From positions 567,285 to 631,284 of the forward strand of contig CP061211.1 of the NCBI GenBank assembly GCA_026016245.1: a stretch of DNA of 64,000 nt. The letters run 5' to 3'. This stretch comes from Candidatus Pacearchaeota archaeon. GTDB lineage: Archaea; Nanobdellota; Nanobdellia; Pacearchaeales; UBA284. Shown here piece after piece: positions 30,601-38,106 of this stretch; position 1 is the first letter of the stretch; the number at the start of each line of letters is the position of its first letter. The notes below the pieces were generated by a model, which worked only from the letters and a program-made list of their open reading frames with translations, was not told the origin of the DNA and ran no database searches. A program made the position numbers and the translations under genes.

Positions 30601-32368
30601 TGGGAATGCTTGTGGTACTCCTCCTCATTTACATTTTGAAGTTAGGTTAAAAAGATATTCTGATGACAAGAATCCTTTATGTTTCTTTTCTGCTGCAACA
30701 CTTTCAAAAGTGGATTTACCTCTCGGAAAATATGATGCTGAGGAATGCAAGAAAATCCAGAATGAATTCAAATTTGGAGTTGAAATAAAAGAAATAAGAG
30801 AATGCAAAAATATTCCTCTTAGAGACCAATGTTTATTACGAATAGATATATGTTATTGGGATTCTGCTGATTTAAAATGTAGGGGCTGTCCAGATAAATG
30901 TGAAGGTTCTAGAGAAAGTTTTTGGGATCCTTTTTGGAATGATCCTAATCTCATGTTCAAAACAAAAAATGATTGTGAGGATAATAATTGTGCTTTAGAT
31001 TGTTTATGGTCAGATAAAGATAATAAATGTAAAAGTATAAGTGATGAATATGTTAGGGATAAAGTAAATAAAATAGATTTAATGACAGCTGATGAGATAA
31101 AAAAGCTAAAGGAAATAGTTGAGAGAAATAAAAACAAGTTAAGTCAAGCAGATACATGGCTTAGTATTATAAATAGAAAACTTGCTGAGATTGAGCCGCA
31201 AATAACTGAAATTATTTTATATTCCTCTGTAAATAATGGAGATTTTGACAGAAGTAATAAATTGGTTGATTATGATGATAGAGTTGAGATTTGCGCTGTT
31301 CTGGAAATTGGAGGAAAGCTTTACTCTGGCAGGAGTTTAAGCACATCTATAAAGGGATATGAAGGTCCAAAACCTATATTCAGATGGTATAATATTATTC
31401 CTTATTATCAACCAGAGTATGGTGATTCAGGAGAGACTTATGAGTTGTATCTTTATGAAGGAGGAAGAAAAGATCTCTTGCAATATAGTCAACAACAAAT
31501 TAGTGGTAATGATTGGTGTGTTTATGCTAATGGAAATGTAGGAACTTATCAGTATAGGGTTGAGACTGATGATTCTTCATCTTTAGGAAGAGCAGCTACA
31601 TTAGCAGATAAGATTGAGTATGAGAGAAAATACATGAATTGGGGAATAAATTTTAACAAGTATGATGGTTACTGGCACACACTTTTACAACCAGCTGCTG
31701 TTAAGACTGCTGGCATTAGTACAGATGTGCACAGAATAAGTAGAAAGTCAGATGCTAGGACTTGCATAGAAAAAGATTATAGCTATTATGATAAAAGATG
31801 TAGGTTTATTGCAACACTAGAATCTTTTAAAAATGTTCCTTTTGCTTATGGATGTGCTTATTATGAAGATGAACAGAATAAGGTTGAACATCTGGCAAAG
31901 AATTTTGTTGCTATTGATTGTATTAATTTAATGATTGGAGCTTTAGATTCTATGTATCCAGATACTTATGAGTTTTCACCAAAAATATATTTTGATGATT
32001 TTATAAGAGATTATACAACAATTAAGTATGGAATAGAAAAATGGCCTCTAGAATCTGTTCTTGGAATTAATATGTTTTTTGATAAAGATGAAGAGCTTAA
32101 TGTTGAACCAGGAGATATCTTGTTTGTGTGGAGAGAAGGTAAGGGTTATACACATACTTTTGTAATTTATGAAGATAAAGGAGAAAAAGGAATTTTTGAT
32201 GAAGATGATATTATGGTTTATGCTAGTAGAAATTGTCCTGGAAGTGAGCCTAAGAATAAAGAAAGCAAGATACTATACAATGGCCAGCTATGTTATGCAC
32301 CAATAGGAAGATACAAAGATGACCCTAACTTTAAATTTACTTTAGTAAAAATAAAAAATTTAGAATAA
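24680..32368 (+). CDS. Giant secreted protein (2562 aa) with an M23 peptidoglycan endopeptidase domain, a Cys-rich module and a C-terminal NlpC/P60-like region
   Basis: Signal/transmembrane LVLAVLLLAVLFSVLMVSVMA. M23 motifs YEHTGIDIGG, GNMIVIEHEYSG..YSLYMHL, GEKIAEVGKTG and PPHLHFEV (nt 30200-30650). Cys-rich run CRGCPDKCEG...CEDNNCALDC. The terminal 150 aa carry AIDCINLMIGAL ... GDILFVWREGKGYTHTFVIY, a Cys...His arrangement like papain-fold NlpC/P60/CHAP. Confidence 0.75.
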   Translation: MRKMKKINLVLAVLLLAVLFSVLMVSVMAQQPPIVPPAPELPLEQIQTPPEFYMQEPPTPYLYPNAGVTPWSHVEWREGYCNKTGMDFLIEIAPDACQPAIVTSDLLEEQDVPVLCRMTGIKINPIIQVPYIKRIIPAVENRSDGISYVNFLPARYALSYYGDSGQKKPGFEGVPTMSNLGYLLIVLKRQPSEKKMPESVKADISVRIIYDIARTYGINENQFVLPLLSQEEWITNYKNYGFWRGKGYLRLQEIEGNNRAKVALYTIPSAAPFATRDLRVGIDPTKKDEVMLPGFYCGAGVSLRLDEISIPKNRIRLLVNGNELLLGEGERIQDSGCVVFKIEPSPYTYGGSAVIRCAATDRKVLTLSDIEADIKVDEREERVSVGSRIVAEKDNKKNYFYVGYLGKEYLKEGMDNFMILFSGKNAESPLSEGAVKKTTETIHSYIKSLRGEALEALPSTTWNLQLREALQKIYPDTARQVTNFYVSKKGVSNGIGSLGTKINIIDMRGPKQVLYSSDVEAVYKDAIQHYRDIAHAYSVEQHPEGMYYGVMALSSAADLASELHKEIDEVDLLRELIDKYSDSSELEIIAEVEEARERLRRVVSLSGDNSAMFSRPSGNYFMQMVSVEKPSLAVQSAEMEINDVRGTYGIDDIIDGWQIEDITDIGVVFKNLTKTSERETVSIGKVVYFGQTRVKVLDITIKREAKVTILPFERERETETNFSIQIGIEKRAIQLSPEKTREMIAGLDKTISKFESVRDKLGDVVSVWKKACYVGASALWVKNFVTGLSGEALARKKVMQRWTIICSDEGYRKSIGAVSISDCYRIKEDAINKDINLMKNSLSKANSFVKDVKESEGVTKTGGLFGLSKTVDENEFMKVANKTFSSELKGIGDIHQQKQLRKIAVSDGPIIYQGKRYESINKLIEDIGIQTFEERKNEYAEIENRFVNTAKITENISYLHQKSQLFKNDIKELHLTLEIYNECKKKTQSDIEDSALCKEALTGTYGKLSGYANVLEEGTAQEALKDVLGLDAVVVVPEKRNIIKSPIYTLKNFPKLQPKLEESGDTRFTYFYHTANYYIAVVESTGDGKFAIKTLYNIEKLGTEDIKVVEKFTSPELSGKLGDLGISHVEEIDITLCNNNEIKNPYRNEIKFWETGPYKDFVALMPIDRRTGWYLATTYTGLEGALVAWKESGDINVFWICNVGQDGIPNFDFSQGASGDDCCTQVALITGAEPEIPPLTASGSREIVKRAKDCAKQAITDYSQGKRRIETKCGDFVLAKPPSARPAMQCEDFMSPSDCRIMFNLCDPVMCPSSRCDLGGRMPVDDVVASGVIGSLMLCLPNWEDGRGVLVPICLTGVHAGLDNFITILKSGRDCLQEQLETGKTIGICDEIMSIYKCEFFWRQLDPFIRAGIPALTESFTGRGGGEYALFSESWKQGTNALRYWSDYYEQTSNQAFKARSTAQIGTEICKRFISGTYPTQAQFWEQVSKPESPTQAMAWFDETQMGGPSPESHYKVFFHIFAGRDQGVYYSVYLRSPSAPGYYQPPPQYMIPNGFGYLPAGEYISMTPDFTAPSGYKEVCIRLNEKEICGFGQATTNFAIEELQNYYLKKQAAEDVSTAQECVSGKPTIIPTATLNIQSAVEHALEPAIYRRGIIRRCSTLNPGLNTEPDRWKRIGYCDSESVGCWLDTKSVEGAVSDLGIREDIMEEAEQKNIAHAIEKYGYDKLEDSQSNLIKNEPKILDIEKTVTEFINKVNLMIEDEFKAEKKDLEKEIENIDKIEIQPLIITFREISKKCARSEEKARADWAIAKILGLRARLYALPGIYEVEKKLKEEEIPVEIRDTLGLLDWPVPLGYDIISYYGEPRFGYEHTGIDIGGAGTEGYDIVAAASGKIVKTIDGCKVSDCENCVTEICDTEGCRRSKVGKSGNMIVIEHEYSGRKIYSLYMHLKENSVVVKVGDNVKRGEKIAEVGKTGNACGTPPHLHFEVRLKRYSDDKNPLCFFSAATLSKVDLPLGKYDAEECKKIQNEFKFGVEIKEIRECKNIPLRDQCLLRIDICYWDSADLKCRGCPDKCEGSRESFWDPFWNDPNLMFKTKNDCEDNNCALDCLWSDKDNKCKSISDEYVRDKVNKIDLMTADEIKKLKEIVERNKNKLSQADTWLSIINRKLAEIEPQITEIILYSSVNNGDFDRSNKLVDYDDRVEICAVLEIGGKLYSGRSLSTSIKGYEGPKPIFRWYNIIPYYQPEYGDSGETYELYLYEGGRKDLLQYSQQQISGNDWCVYANGNVGTYQYRVETDDSSSLGRAATLADKIEYERKYMNWGINFNKYDGYWHTLLQPAAVKTAGISTDVHRISRKSDARTCIEKDYSYYDKRCRFIATLESFKNVPFAYGCAYYEDEQNKVEHLAKNFVAIDCINLMIGALDSMYPDTYEFSPKIYFDDFIRDYTTIKYGIEKWPLESVLGINMFFDKDEELNVEPGDILFVWREGKGYTHTFVIYEDKGEKGIFDEDDIMVYASRNCPGSEPKNKESKILYNGQLCYAPIGRYKDDPNFKFTLVKIKNLE

Positions 32369-32389
32369 AAATAAAATTTTTATTAATTT

Positions 32390-32788
32390 TTAGTAATCAA
32401 TGTCAGGAGTGTAATTATTAGATTGAGGAACATCTGATTGTGGCCATACTGGGCCTTTCTCTTCTTGTCTAGGTTGAACTGGTGGTTGATAAGGTGGAGT
32501 TGGTTGATATGATGTATGTTCAGGATGTACTTTTTTGTATGCTTTTTCTACGTTTTCTTCCCAGATACCATGCATTTTACCAAATACTTCAAAAAGATCT
32601 TCTTTCTGTTCTATTAATTCACTAACAGTAAGGTCATCAATTGTTCTGACAGCTTTAACAGGTTCTTTAGGTTCAGAAGCAGCTCCTTTATTTCCAAAAA
32701 GAAAATATCCAAAACTAAGAGTTGCAATAGCAGTTAGAGCATAAGGTAAAATCTTTTTTGCTTTTTTCTTTATTTCATAAGTATCCAT
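32390..32788 (-). CDS. Hypothetical membrane protein with a Pro/Gln-rich tail
   Basis: Transmembrane helix ILPYALTAIATLSFGYFLF. C-terminal TPPYQPPVQP. Confidence 0.4.
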   Translation of the reverse strand: MDTYEIKKKAKKILPYALTAIATLSFGYFLFGNKGAASEPKEPVKAVRTIDDLTVSELIEQKEDLFEVFGKMHGIWEENVEKAYKKVHPEHTSYQPTPPYQPPVQPRQEEKGPVWPQSDVPQSNNYTPDIDY

Positions 32789-32884
32789 TTTGTTTCAACA
32801 CCTCATGATTATATTTTTTATAAGAATAAGACCTTTTTAAATCTTTCGTTTGTAGTCACTAAGCAATGAAGACAAAATATAATA

Positions 32885-32968
32885 TGCGGGAGACAGGATT
32901 CGAACCTGCGTAGGGACTAACCCACCAGGTCCTAAGCCTGGCCCGTTTGACCACTCCGGCACTCCCGC
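32885..32968 (-). tRNA. tRNA-Leu(UAG), long variable arm
   Basis: Reverse complement reads GCGGGAG-T-GCCG-GAGTGGTCAAACG..., anticodon stem CCAGG/CCTGG with loop CTTAGGA, long variable arm, T arm CAGG-TTCGAAT-CCTG, 3' TCTCCCGC. Confidence 0.8.
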
Positions 32969-33042
32969 ATACTTTTTTAATGTATTAAGGATTTTTAAAA
33001 TTATCGAGAATAAACAAGCTAAAATTTAGAAAATATTTGGAT

Positions 33043-33285
33043 TTAAGATGTTGCAGGTGCTGGAGAAATATAAGTTATTGTGTTTCCTCTGATAAATGCC
33101 AGTCCAATGTTTCTTTTGATCTCTCCTTTTTCTAGTTCTTTTGTATTGTCCAAAACAATATTAATGTGTATGTCAAAAGCTAGAAGTTTTCCAACAACTT
33201 GGCTACCATTTTCTAAGTTTACAAGTATCTCTTTTCCTTTTGACTGATTCAATAAATCCAAAGGTCTTTCGATTCCGTTAACCAT
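33043..33285 (-). CDS. Sm-like archaeal protein (SmAP/LSm)
   Basis: PLDLLNQSKGKEILVNLENGSQVVGKLLAFDIHINIVLDN is the Sm1/Sm2 pattern. Confidence 0.75.
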   Translation of the reverse strand: MVNGIERPLDLLNQSKGKEILVNLENGSQVVGKLLAFDIHINIVLDNTKELEKGEIKRNIGLAFIRGNTITYISPAPATS

Positions 33286-33382
33286 TTTGTTATTTCGCTT
33301 TTAAAGTTTTTAAATCTTTTGTTCTTCGTCGGAAAAAATTAATAAAAGAAAGTTATTTAAATATCCTACCTGTTTATTTTTC

Positions 33383-33757
33383 ATGACAACAAAACGGGGC
33401 AAAAAAATAAGTGGTGGAAGATATAGAAAGAGAAGGAAGAGAAAGGCATATGAGGCAGTGGCAAAACCCAGGGTAGTTTTATTGGGTGAAGAAAAAAAGA
33501 AGAAGATAAGAATAACTGGTGGCAAAATAAAAATTATTTTATTAAGGACAAATAGGGTAAATGTGATGGATCCTAAGACACATAAAGCAAAGAGTGTACA
33601 GATAAAAAATGTTATTGATGTTCCTAGCAACAAGTTCCTTGCAAGAAAAAATATTTTGATGAAAGGGGCAGTGATAGATACAGAGGCAGGGAAAGCAAAA
33701 ATAACAAACAGGCCAGGTCAGGAAGGTTGTGTGCAAGCTGTTCTTTTAAGTGATTAG
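33383..33757 (+). CDS. rps8e: 30S ribosomal protein S8e
   Basis: ISGGRYRKRRKRK...VMDPKTHKAKSV...NRPGQEGCVQAVLL matches the S8e family. Confidence 0.75.
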   Translation: MTTKRGKKISGGRYRKRRKRKAYEAVAKPRVVLLGEEKKKKIRITGGKIKIILLRTNRVNVMDPKTHKAKSVQIKNVIDVPSNKFLARKNILMKGAVIDTEAGKAKITNRPGQEGCVQAVLLSD

Positions 33758-33845
33758 AAAGTTTTAAAAAGCTGAATAGTAAGATTTATAAAGTTTTTTT
33801 CTTTTTATTTATAAAGCTTTTGTTATTATTTTAAGTGACAAAAAA

Positions 33846-34790
33846 ATGCCAACTCGATATATTAAAAAATGCCCAGAATGTGGTTCTGTTAATTTGATTT
33901 ATGATGAACAAAAAGGTGAATTGATTTGTAGTAAATGCGGATTAGTTATTGAAGAGAAAATGATTGACCTTGGTCAGGAATGGAGGCAGTTTGAAGAAGG
34001 GGGGAAGAAAGGTAGAGGAGGAGCTCCTTTAAGTTTGCAGAAATTTGATCAAGGACTTACAACTAATGTTGGCGAGGTGAGTGATATTTATCAGCTTGGT
34101 TCTGAAAAAAGAATAAGGAAATTTTTCAGATTAAAGAAGTGGCAGGAGAGAGTAAGTACGAGCATTGAGAGGAATTTAAGATTAGCCATGGCTGAATTAA
34201 GAAGAGTGGCCTCATTTTTGAGCTTGCCAAATTTTGTTAAAGAGGAGGCTTCTAGAATTTACAATATTGTTTTACAAAGAGGACTTGTTAGAGGCAGGAG
34301 TATGGAGAGTGTGGTTTCTGCTTGTATTTATGCTGCTTGCCGTTCTTACAATATACCAAGAACATTGGATGAAATTTCAGCGGCAAGTGATGTTGAGAGG
34401 AAGGAGATTGGCAGGACTTATAGATTTATTACAAGAAAACTCAAATTGAAGATAATCCCTAGTAATCCTAAAGACTATATCTCAAGATTTGCTAGCATTC
34501 TTCATTTATCGCCTAAAACCCAGAATGATTCCCTGAAAATTCTAAAGAAAGCTGAAGCTTCTGAGCTTACAAGTGGGAGAGGCCCAGCAGGAATCGCAGC
34601 TGCTGCATTATATGTTTCTGCTTTGTTAAATGATGAAAAGAAAACACAAAGAGAGGTGGCTGATGTTGCTGGCATTACAGAAGTTACAATTAGGAATCGT
34701 TACAAAGAGCTGCTTGAGAAGTTAGGAATGGAAGAGAAACTGAAGATAAAGGAAGCAGAATCTAGAGAAAAGAAAAAGAAAGGCAAATAA
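33846..34790 (+). CDS. tfb: Transcription initiation factor IIB (TFB)
   Basis: N-terminal zinc ribbon CPECGS...CSKCG, B-reader segment, two cyclin-fold repeats. Confidence 0.9.
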   Translation: MPTRYIKKCPECGSVNLIYDEQKGELICSKCGLVIEEKMIDLGQEWRQFEEGGKKGRGGAPLSLQKFDQGLTTNVGEVSDIYQLGSEKRIRKFFRLKKWQERVSTSIERNLRLAMAELRRVASFLSLPNFVKEEASRIYNIVLQRGLVRGRSMESVVSACIYAACRSYNIPRTLDEISAASDVERKEIGRTYRFITRKLKLKIIPSNPKDYISRFASILHLSPKTQNDSLKILKKAEASELTSGRGPAGIAAAALYVSALLNDEKKTQREVADVAGITEVTIRNRYKELLEKLGMEEKLKIKEAESREKKKKGK

Positions 34791-34799
34791 TACAAACAA

Positions 34800-35699
34800 T
34801 CAAAGTTTAATTCTCATAAAATCTTCTGCAAGTTCACTTTTCTTGAATACTTTTTTTGCTTCATTAAGGACAGGTCTTGGATCTTTAGCATATCTCTGAG
34901 AAAGATGTATTAGTATCAGTCTTTTTGACCTTGCTTTTTTTGCTATTGTTGCTGCTTGTTTTGCTGTTAGATGCCCTCGTTCCTTTGCTTTATCCAAATG
35001 CATTGATTCGAGAAATGTTGACTCACTGACAAGAAGATCAGTGTCTTTAGCGACTTTTATACAATTTTTATTAAATAGAGTATCAACTATGAAAGCTATC
35101 TTTCTTCCTTTTTTGATTTTTGTAGCGTCTCTTGCCCTAATTCTTCTGCCTTTGAATGTTATGCTCTTTCCTTGCTGAAGTTTTCCTAGAAGAGGGCCAG
35201 GTCTCATCCCAAGTTTTTTTATGAAATTAATATCTATTCTTCTTTTGTCTTTCTCGATAAATCTGTAGGCAAGGCAAGGAATGAAATGTTTCATCTTATA
35301 TGCTTCTATGTAAAAATCTTTAGCATCTATTATTTTTCCATCTCTGTTTATTTCATGTACTTCTGTTTTTATCCTCTGCTTAAAAATAAAAATTTTAAGT
35401 AGTAGGTCCATAAATCTTTTTGTTCCTTTTGGCCCATAAATCTTTAGAGTCTTGCTGTAATTATTAAGGGTAAATGTCTGAAGCAAACCAGGAAGGCCGA
35501 GAATATGATCTCCATGCCAATGACTAATTAAAATTCTTGTTATGCTCATCGGGCTTATCCTGGCTATCTTGAACTGCCTTTGTGTTCCCTCTCCGCAATC
35601 TATTAGGATATTTTCATTCTTGTATTTTAGAAGCATGGCTAACTGACTCCTTTTTGCTGTCGGAGTTGCCTCACTTGTTCCTAAAAATATAACTTCCAT
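34800..35699 (-). CDS. rnz: Ribonuclease Z (tRNA 3' processing, metallo-beta-lactamase fold)
   Basis: MEVIFLGTSEATPT...LIDCGEGTQRQ...ISHWHGDHILGLPGLL, which contains the HxHxDH motif. Confidence 0.8.
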   Translation of the reverse strand: MEVIFLGTSEATPTAKRSQLAMLLKYKNENILIDCGEGTQRQFKIARISPMSITRILISHWHGDHILGLPGLLQTFTLNNYSKTLKIYGPKGTKRFMDLLLKIFIFKQRIKTEVHEINRDGKIIDAKDFYIEAYKMKHFIPCLAYRFIEKDKRRIDINFIKKLGMRPGPLLGKLQQGKSITFKGRRIRARDATKIKKGRKIAFIVDTLFNKNCIKVAKDTDLLVSESTFLESMHLDKAKERGHLTAKQAATIAKKARSKRLILIHLSQRYAKDPRPVLNEAKKVFKKSELAEDFMRIKL

Positions 35700-35795
35700 G
35701 CTAGAAAGAGCTTTTTAAGATTTTTAATTGTTTTTGTTGATGATAATAATGAGGGAGTTAATAAAGTTTAAAAAGAAAAACATGTTCTAAAGGAT

Positions 35796-36419
35796 ATGCC
35801 TATTAAGAAAAAGGAGAAGATAAAAAAGATAAGAAGGAAGACAACAAAAAAGAAAACACCAAAGAAGACAATAAAGAAAACAAAAAAGAAAAAAGGAAAT
35901 TCTAAAGTCTTTAAAGCTTTGGTTATTGGAAGAAGGGTTGTTAGTGAAGACAAGAAAGCTCTAGATTTATATGGAAAGAGTTATTTTGGCCAGGTTACTG
36001 GAGGTAAGGTTTATTATTCTTTTGTAGAAGCTGCTTATTTGATTGATAAAGGAAAGATTAATATTTATGAGGGGAGGAAAAAATTAAATTTTGATAAGTT
36101 TGTTAACAAAGCCAGAAGCCTTGAAAAAAACTTCTGGACCAGATTTTCTGTTTTTAGAGATATTCGTAATAGAGGTTATATTATAAGGACTGCTCTGAAG
36201 TTTGGAGCAGATTTCCGGATTTATGACCGGGGGGTTAAGCCTGGAAAAGAGCATGCAAGATGGATTTTATTTCCAGTTTATGAATCCTCTAGTTTAACAT
36301 GGCATGAATTTACTGCCAAGAGTAGAGTCGCTCATAGTACGAGAAAAAAATTACTTATAGGGATTGTTGATGAAGAGGGTGATGTGACTTATTATGAAGT
36401 AAATTGGGTAAAGCCTTGA
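35796..36419 (+). CDS. endA: tRNA-splicing endonuclease (EndA) with a Lys-rich N-terminal extension
   Basis: C-terminal catalytic region YIIRTALKFGADFRIYDRGVKPGKEHARWILFPV matches the EndA pattern (K.G.DF.vY ... H). Confidence 0.6.
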   Translation: MPIKKKEKIKKIRRKTTKKKTPKKTIKKTKKKKGNSKVFKALVIGRRVVSEDKKALDLYGKSYFGQVTGGKVYYSFVEAAYLIDKGKINIYEGRKKLNFDKFVNKARSLEKNFWTRFSVFRDIRNRGYIIRTALKFGADFRIYDRGVKPGKEHARWILFPVYESSSLTWHEFTAKSRVAHSTRKKLLIGIVDEEGDVTYYEVNWVKP

Positions 36420-36426
36420 TTCTGAT

Positions 36427-37323
36427 ATGGAAGGAAAAAATACCTTGAATAATTTAAAAGAAAAGAAAAAAGTTATTCTAGGAATTATAGAAAATAAAGG
36501 CCCTTCTTTGCCTAGTGCGATTTCTAGAAAGATAGGGGTTTCTTTATTATTAACTTCTGCTTTGCTGAGTGATATGAGGGCTGATAAGAGTTTGAGATTA
36601 AGCAGGCTAAAGATTGGTGGTTCGCCTCTTTATTATATACAGGGACAAGAAGGACAGCTTGAGAATTTTATAAAGCATTTGCAGCCTAAAGAAAGAGGGG
36701 CTTTTGAGCTGCTTAAGAAAAAACAAGTTATTGATGAGGAAAAAGTTGAACCAGCTTATAGGGTGGCTTTTAGTAATATGAAAGATTTTGCTTTTCCTTT
36801 ATATGTCAAGATTAATAATTCTGAAAAAATATTCTGGCGTTTCCATTCTATAAGTCAGGAAGATGCCTCAAAGAGAATATCAGAGCTGCTAAAGGAAAAA
36901 CACAAACCAAAACCACCAAAAATAGAAAAGGAAAAAGAAAAAATAGAGAAAAAACCAACAGAAGAAAAGAAGGAAGAAAAGACTGAAATACAAAAAATAA
37001 AGAAAAGAATTAGGGGAAGCAAGGAAGAATTTAGAAAGAAGGTTTTTTCTTGGTTGGATGCAAAAGACCTTCATATTATAGAGGAACTTGATGCTGAAGA
37101 TGCTTTTTGCACAGTTTCTACAAAATCAGAGATTGGCTATCTCAATTTTCTGGTTGTGGCAAAAAAGAAAAAAATAATCAATGAGGCTGATCTGAGTTTA
37201 GCATATCAAAAAGGCCAGCAAGCTAAGATGCTTGTTCTATTCTTGACTACAGGGAAGCTTACCAAAAAAGCGCAATCTTATATAGGGAATTTGGGCAAGT
37301 TTATTATCGTAAATTCTTTATGA
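36427..37323 (+). CDS. Hypothetical protein: N-terminal winged-helix-like, C-terminal restriction-endonuclease-like region
   Basis: ISRKIGVSLLLTSALLSDMRADKSLRL...GSPLYYIQG looks like a wHTH. The C-terminal ...VVAKKKKII...LFLTTGKL resembles an Mrr-like fold. Assignment is weak. Confidence 0.35.
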   Translation: MEGKNTLNNLKEKKKVILGIIENKGPSLPSAISRKIGVSLLLTSALLSDMRADKSLRLSRLKIGGSPLYYIQGQEGQLENFIKHLQPKERGAFELLKKKQVIDEEKVEPAYRVAFSNMKDFAFPLYVKINNSEKIFWRFHSISQEDASKRISELLKEKHKPKPPKIEKEKEKIEKKPTEEKKEEKTEIQKIKKRIRGSKEEFRKKVFSWLDAKDLHIIEELDAEDAFCTVSTKSEIGYLNFLVVAKKKKIINEADLSLAYQKGQQAKMLVLFLTTGKLTKKAQSYIGNLGKFIIVNSL

Positions 37324-37480
37324 TTCTTTATGAAAAATTTAAAATTATTAAATGATGTGAGGGAAAGCTTAATGGATGTAGGAGTAAAATGTTCTAGAAT
37401 TACTAAAAATAATTCTATTTATATTACTAAAAAAAAGAGATAGAAAACTTTTTTAAATTGGTTGGATTTAAGAATGATAA

Positions 37481-37503
37481 GCATCTTAATTCTATTAAGA
37501 TGC
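37481..37503 (+). promoter_or_regulatory. Perfect 10-bp inverted repeat (GCATCTTAAT-TCT-ATTAAGATGC), 8 nt upstream of tRNA-Gln
   Basis: Palindrome read directly from the sequence. The TATA-like TTTAAAT lies about 57 nt upstream of the tRNA. Confidence 0.4.
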
Positions 37504-37511
37504 TTGAGAAT

Positions 37512-37620
37512 AGCCCGGTAGTGTAGTGGTCAAATTCTCTAAATAAAAATTTTATTTATAGAAGACTAAGCATCCAAGGCTTTGGACCTTGAGACCCAGG
37601 TTCGAATCCTGGCCGGGCTA
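37512..37620 (+). tRNA. tRNA-Gln(UUG) with a predicted non-canonical intron of about 36 nt in the D-loop
   Basis: Acceptor AGCCCGG/CCGGGCT, D stem GTGT..GCAT, anticodon stem CAAGG/CCTTG with loop CTTTGGA, T arm CCAGG-TTCGAAT-CCTGG. About 36 nt (ATTCTCTAAATAAAAATTTTATTTATAGAAGACTAA) are inserted between the D-loop AGTGGTCAA and the 3' D-stem strand. Confidence 0.7.
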
Positions 37621-37662
37621 TACTATATAAAAGTTTAAAAATAAAACAAGAATTAGAATAAG

Positions 37663-38064
37663 ATGGCAACACTTTACGGAAAAGGCAGGGGCAAGGCAGG
37701 AAGTCATGCTCCTAAAGCTGAAAAACCTTATTGGTTTAGCATGAAGCCTGAAGAAGTTGAGAAACTTATTGTTGATTTGGCTAAGAAAGGAACAAATCCT
37801 GTTAAAATAGGCCTCATTCTTAGAGACAATTATAGTGTTCCTAGTGTGAAAACTGTAACTGGAAAGAAAATTAAGAAAATTCTTGAGGAGAAAGGGATTG
37901 AGGTAGAGCCATATGAAATTATAGCCTTAGAAAAAAGAGTCAGGGAATTAAAGAGACATCTAGCAAAGAATAAGAAAGACATGAGAGCTAAGAGAGGATT
38001 ACAATTGAGTGAAGCGAAAATAAGAAGACTCAAGAAATATAAGAAAAAAGAGAAAAAAACATAG
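37663..38064 (+). CDS. rps15: 30S ribosomal protein S15 (uS15/S13e)
   Basis: GKGRGKAGSHAPK...IGLILRDNYSVPSVKTVTGKKI...RGLQLSEAKIRRLKKY. Confidence 0.8.
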   Translation: MATLYGKGRGKAGSHAPKAEKPYWFSMKPEEVEKLIVDLAKKGTNPVKIGLILRDNYSVPSVKTVTGKKIKKILEEKGIEVEPYEIIALEKRVRELKRHLAKNKKDMRAKRGLQLSEAKIRRLKKYKKKEKKT

Positions 38065-38106
38065 CTTAGCAATACTCTGGCTGGGGGCTGAGCTAATTAT
38101 TAGATT

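Noticed and set aside
33310-33633. 107-aa minus-strand ORF with transmembrane-like sequence
   Set aside because: Overlaps antisense with the well-supported rps8e gene at 33383-33757.
35768-35953. Phe-rich 61-aa ORF. Also 36889-37074 and 37830-38072
   Set aside because: Antisense shadows of the Lys-rich regions of EndA, the wHTH protein and S15.
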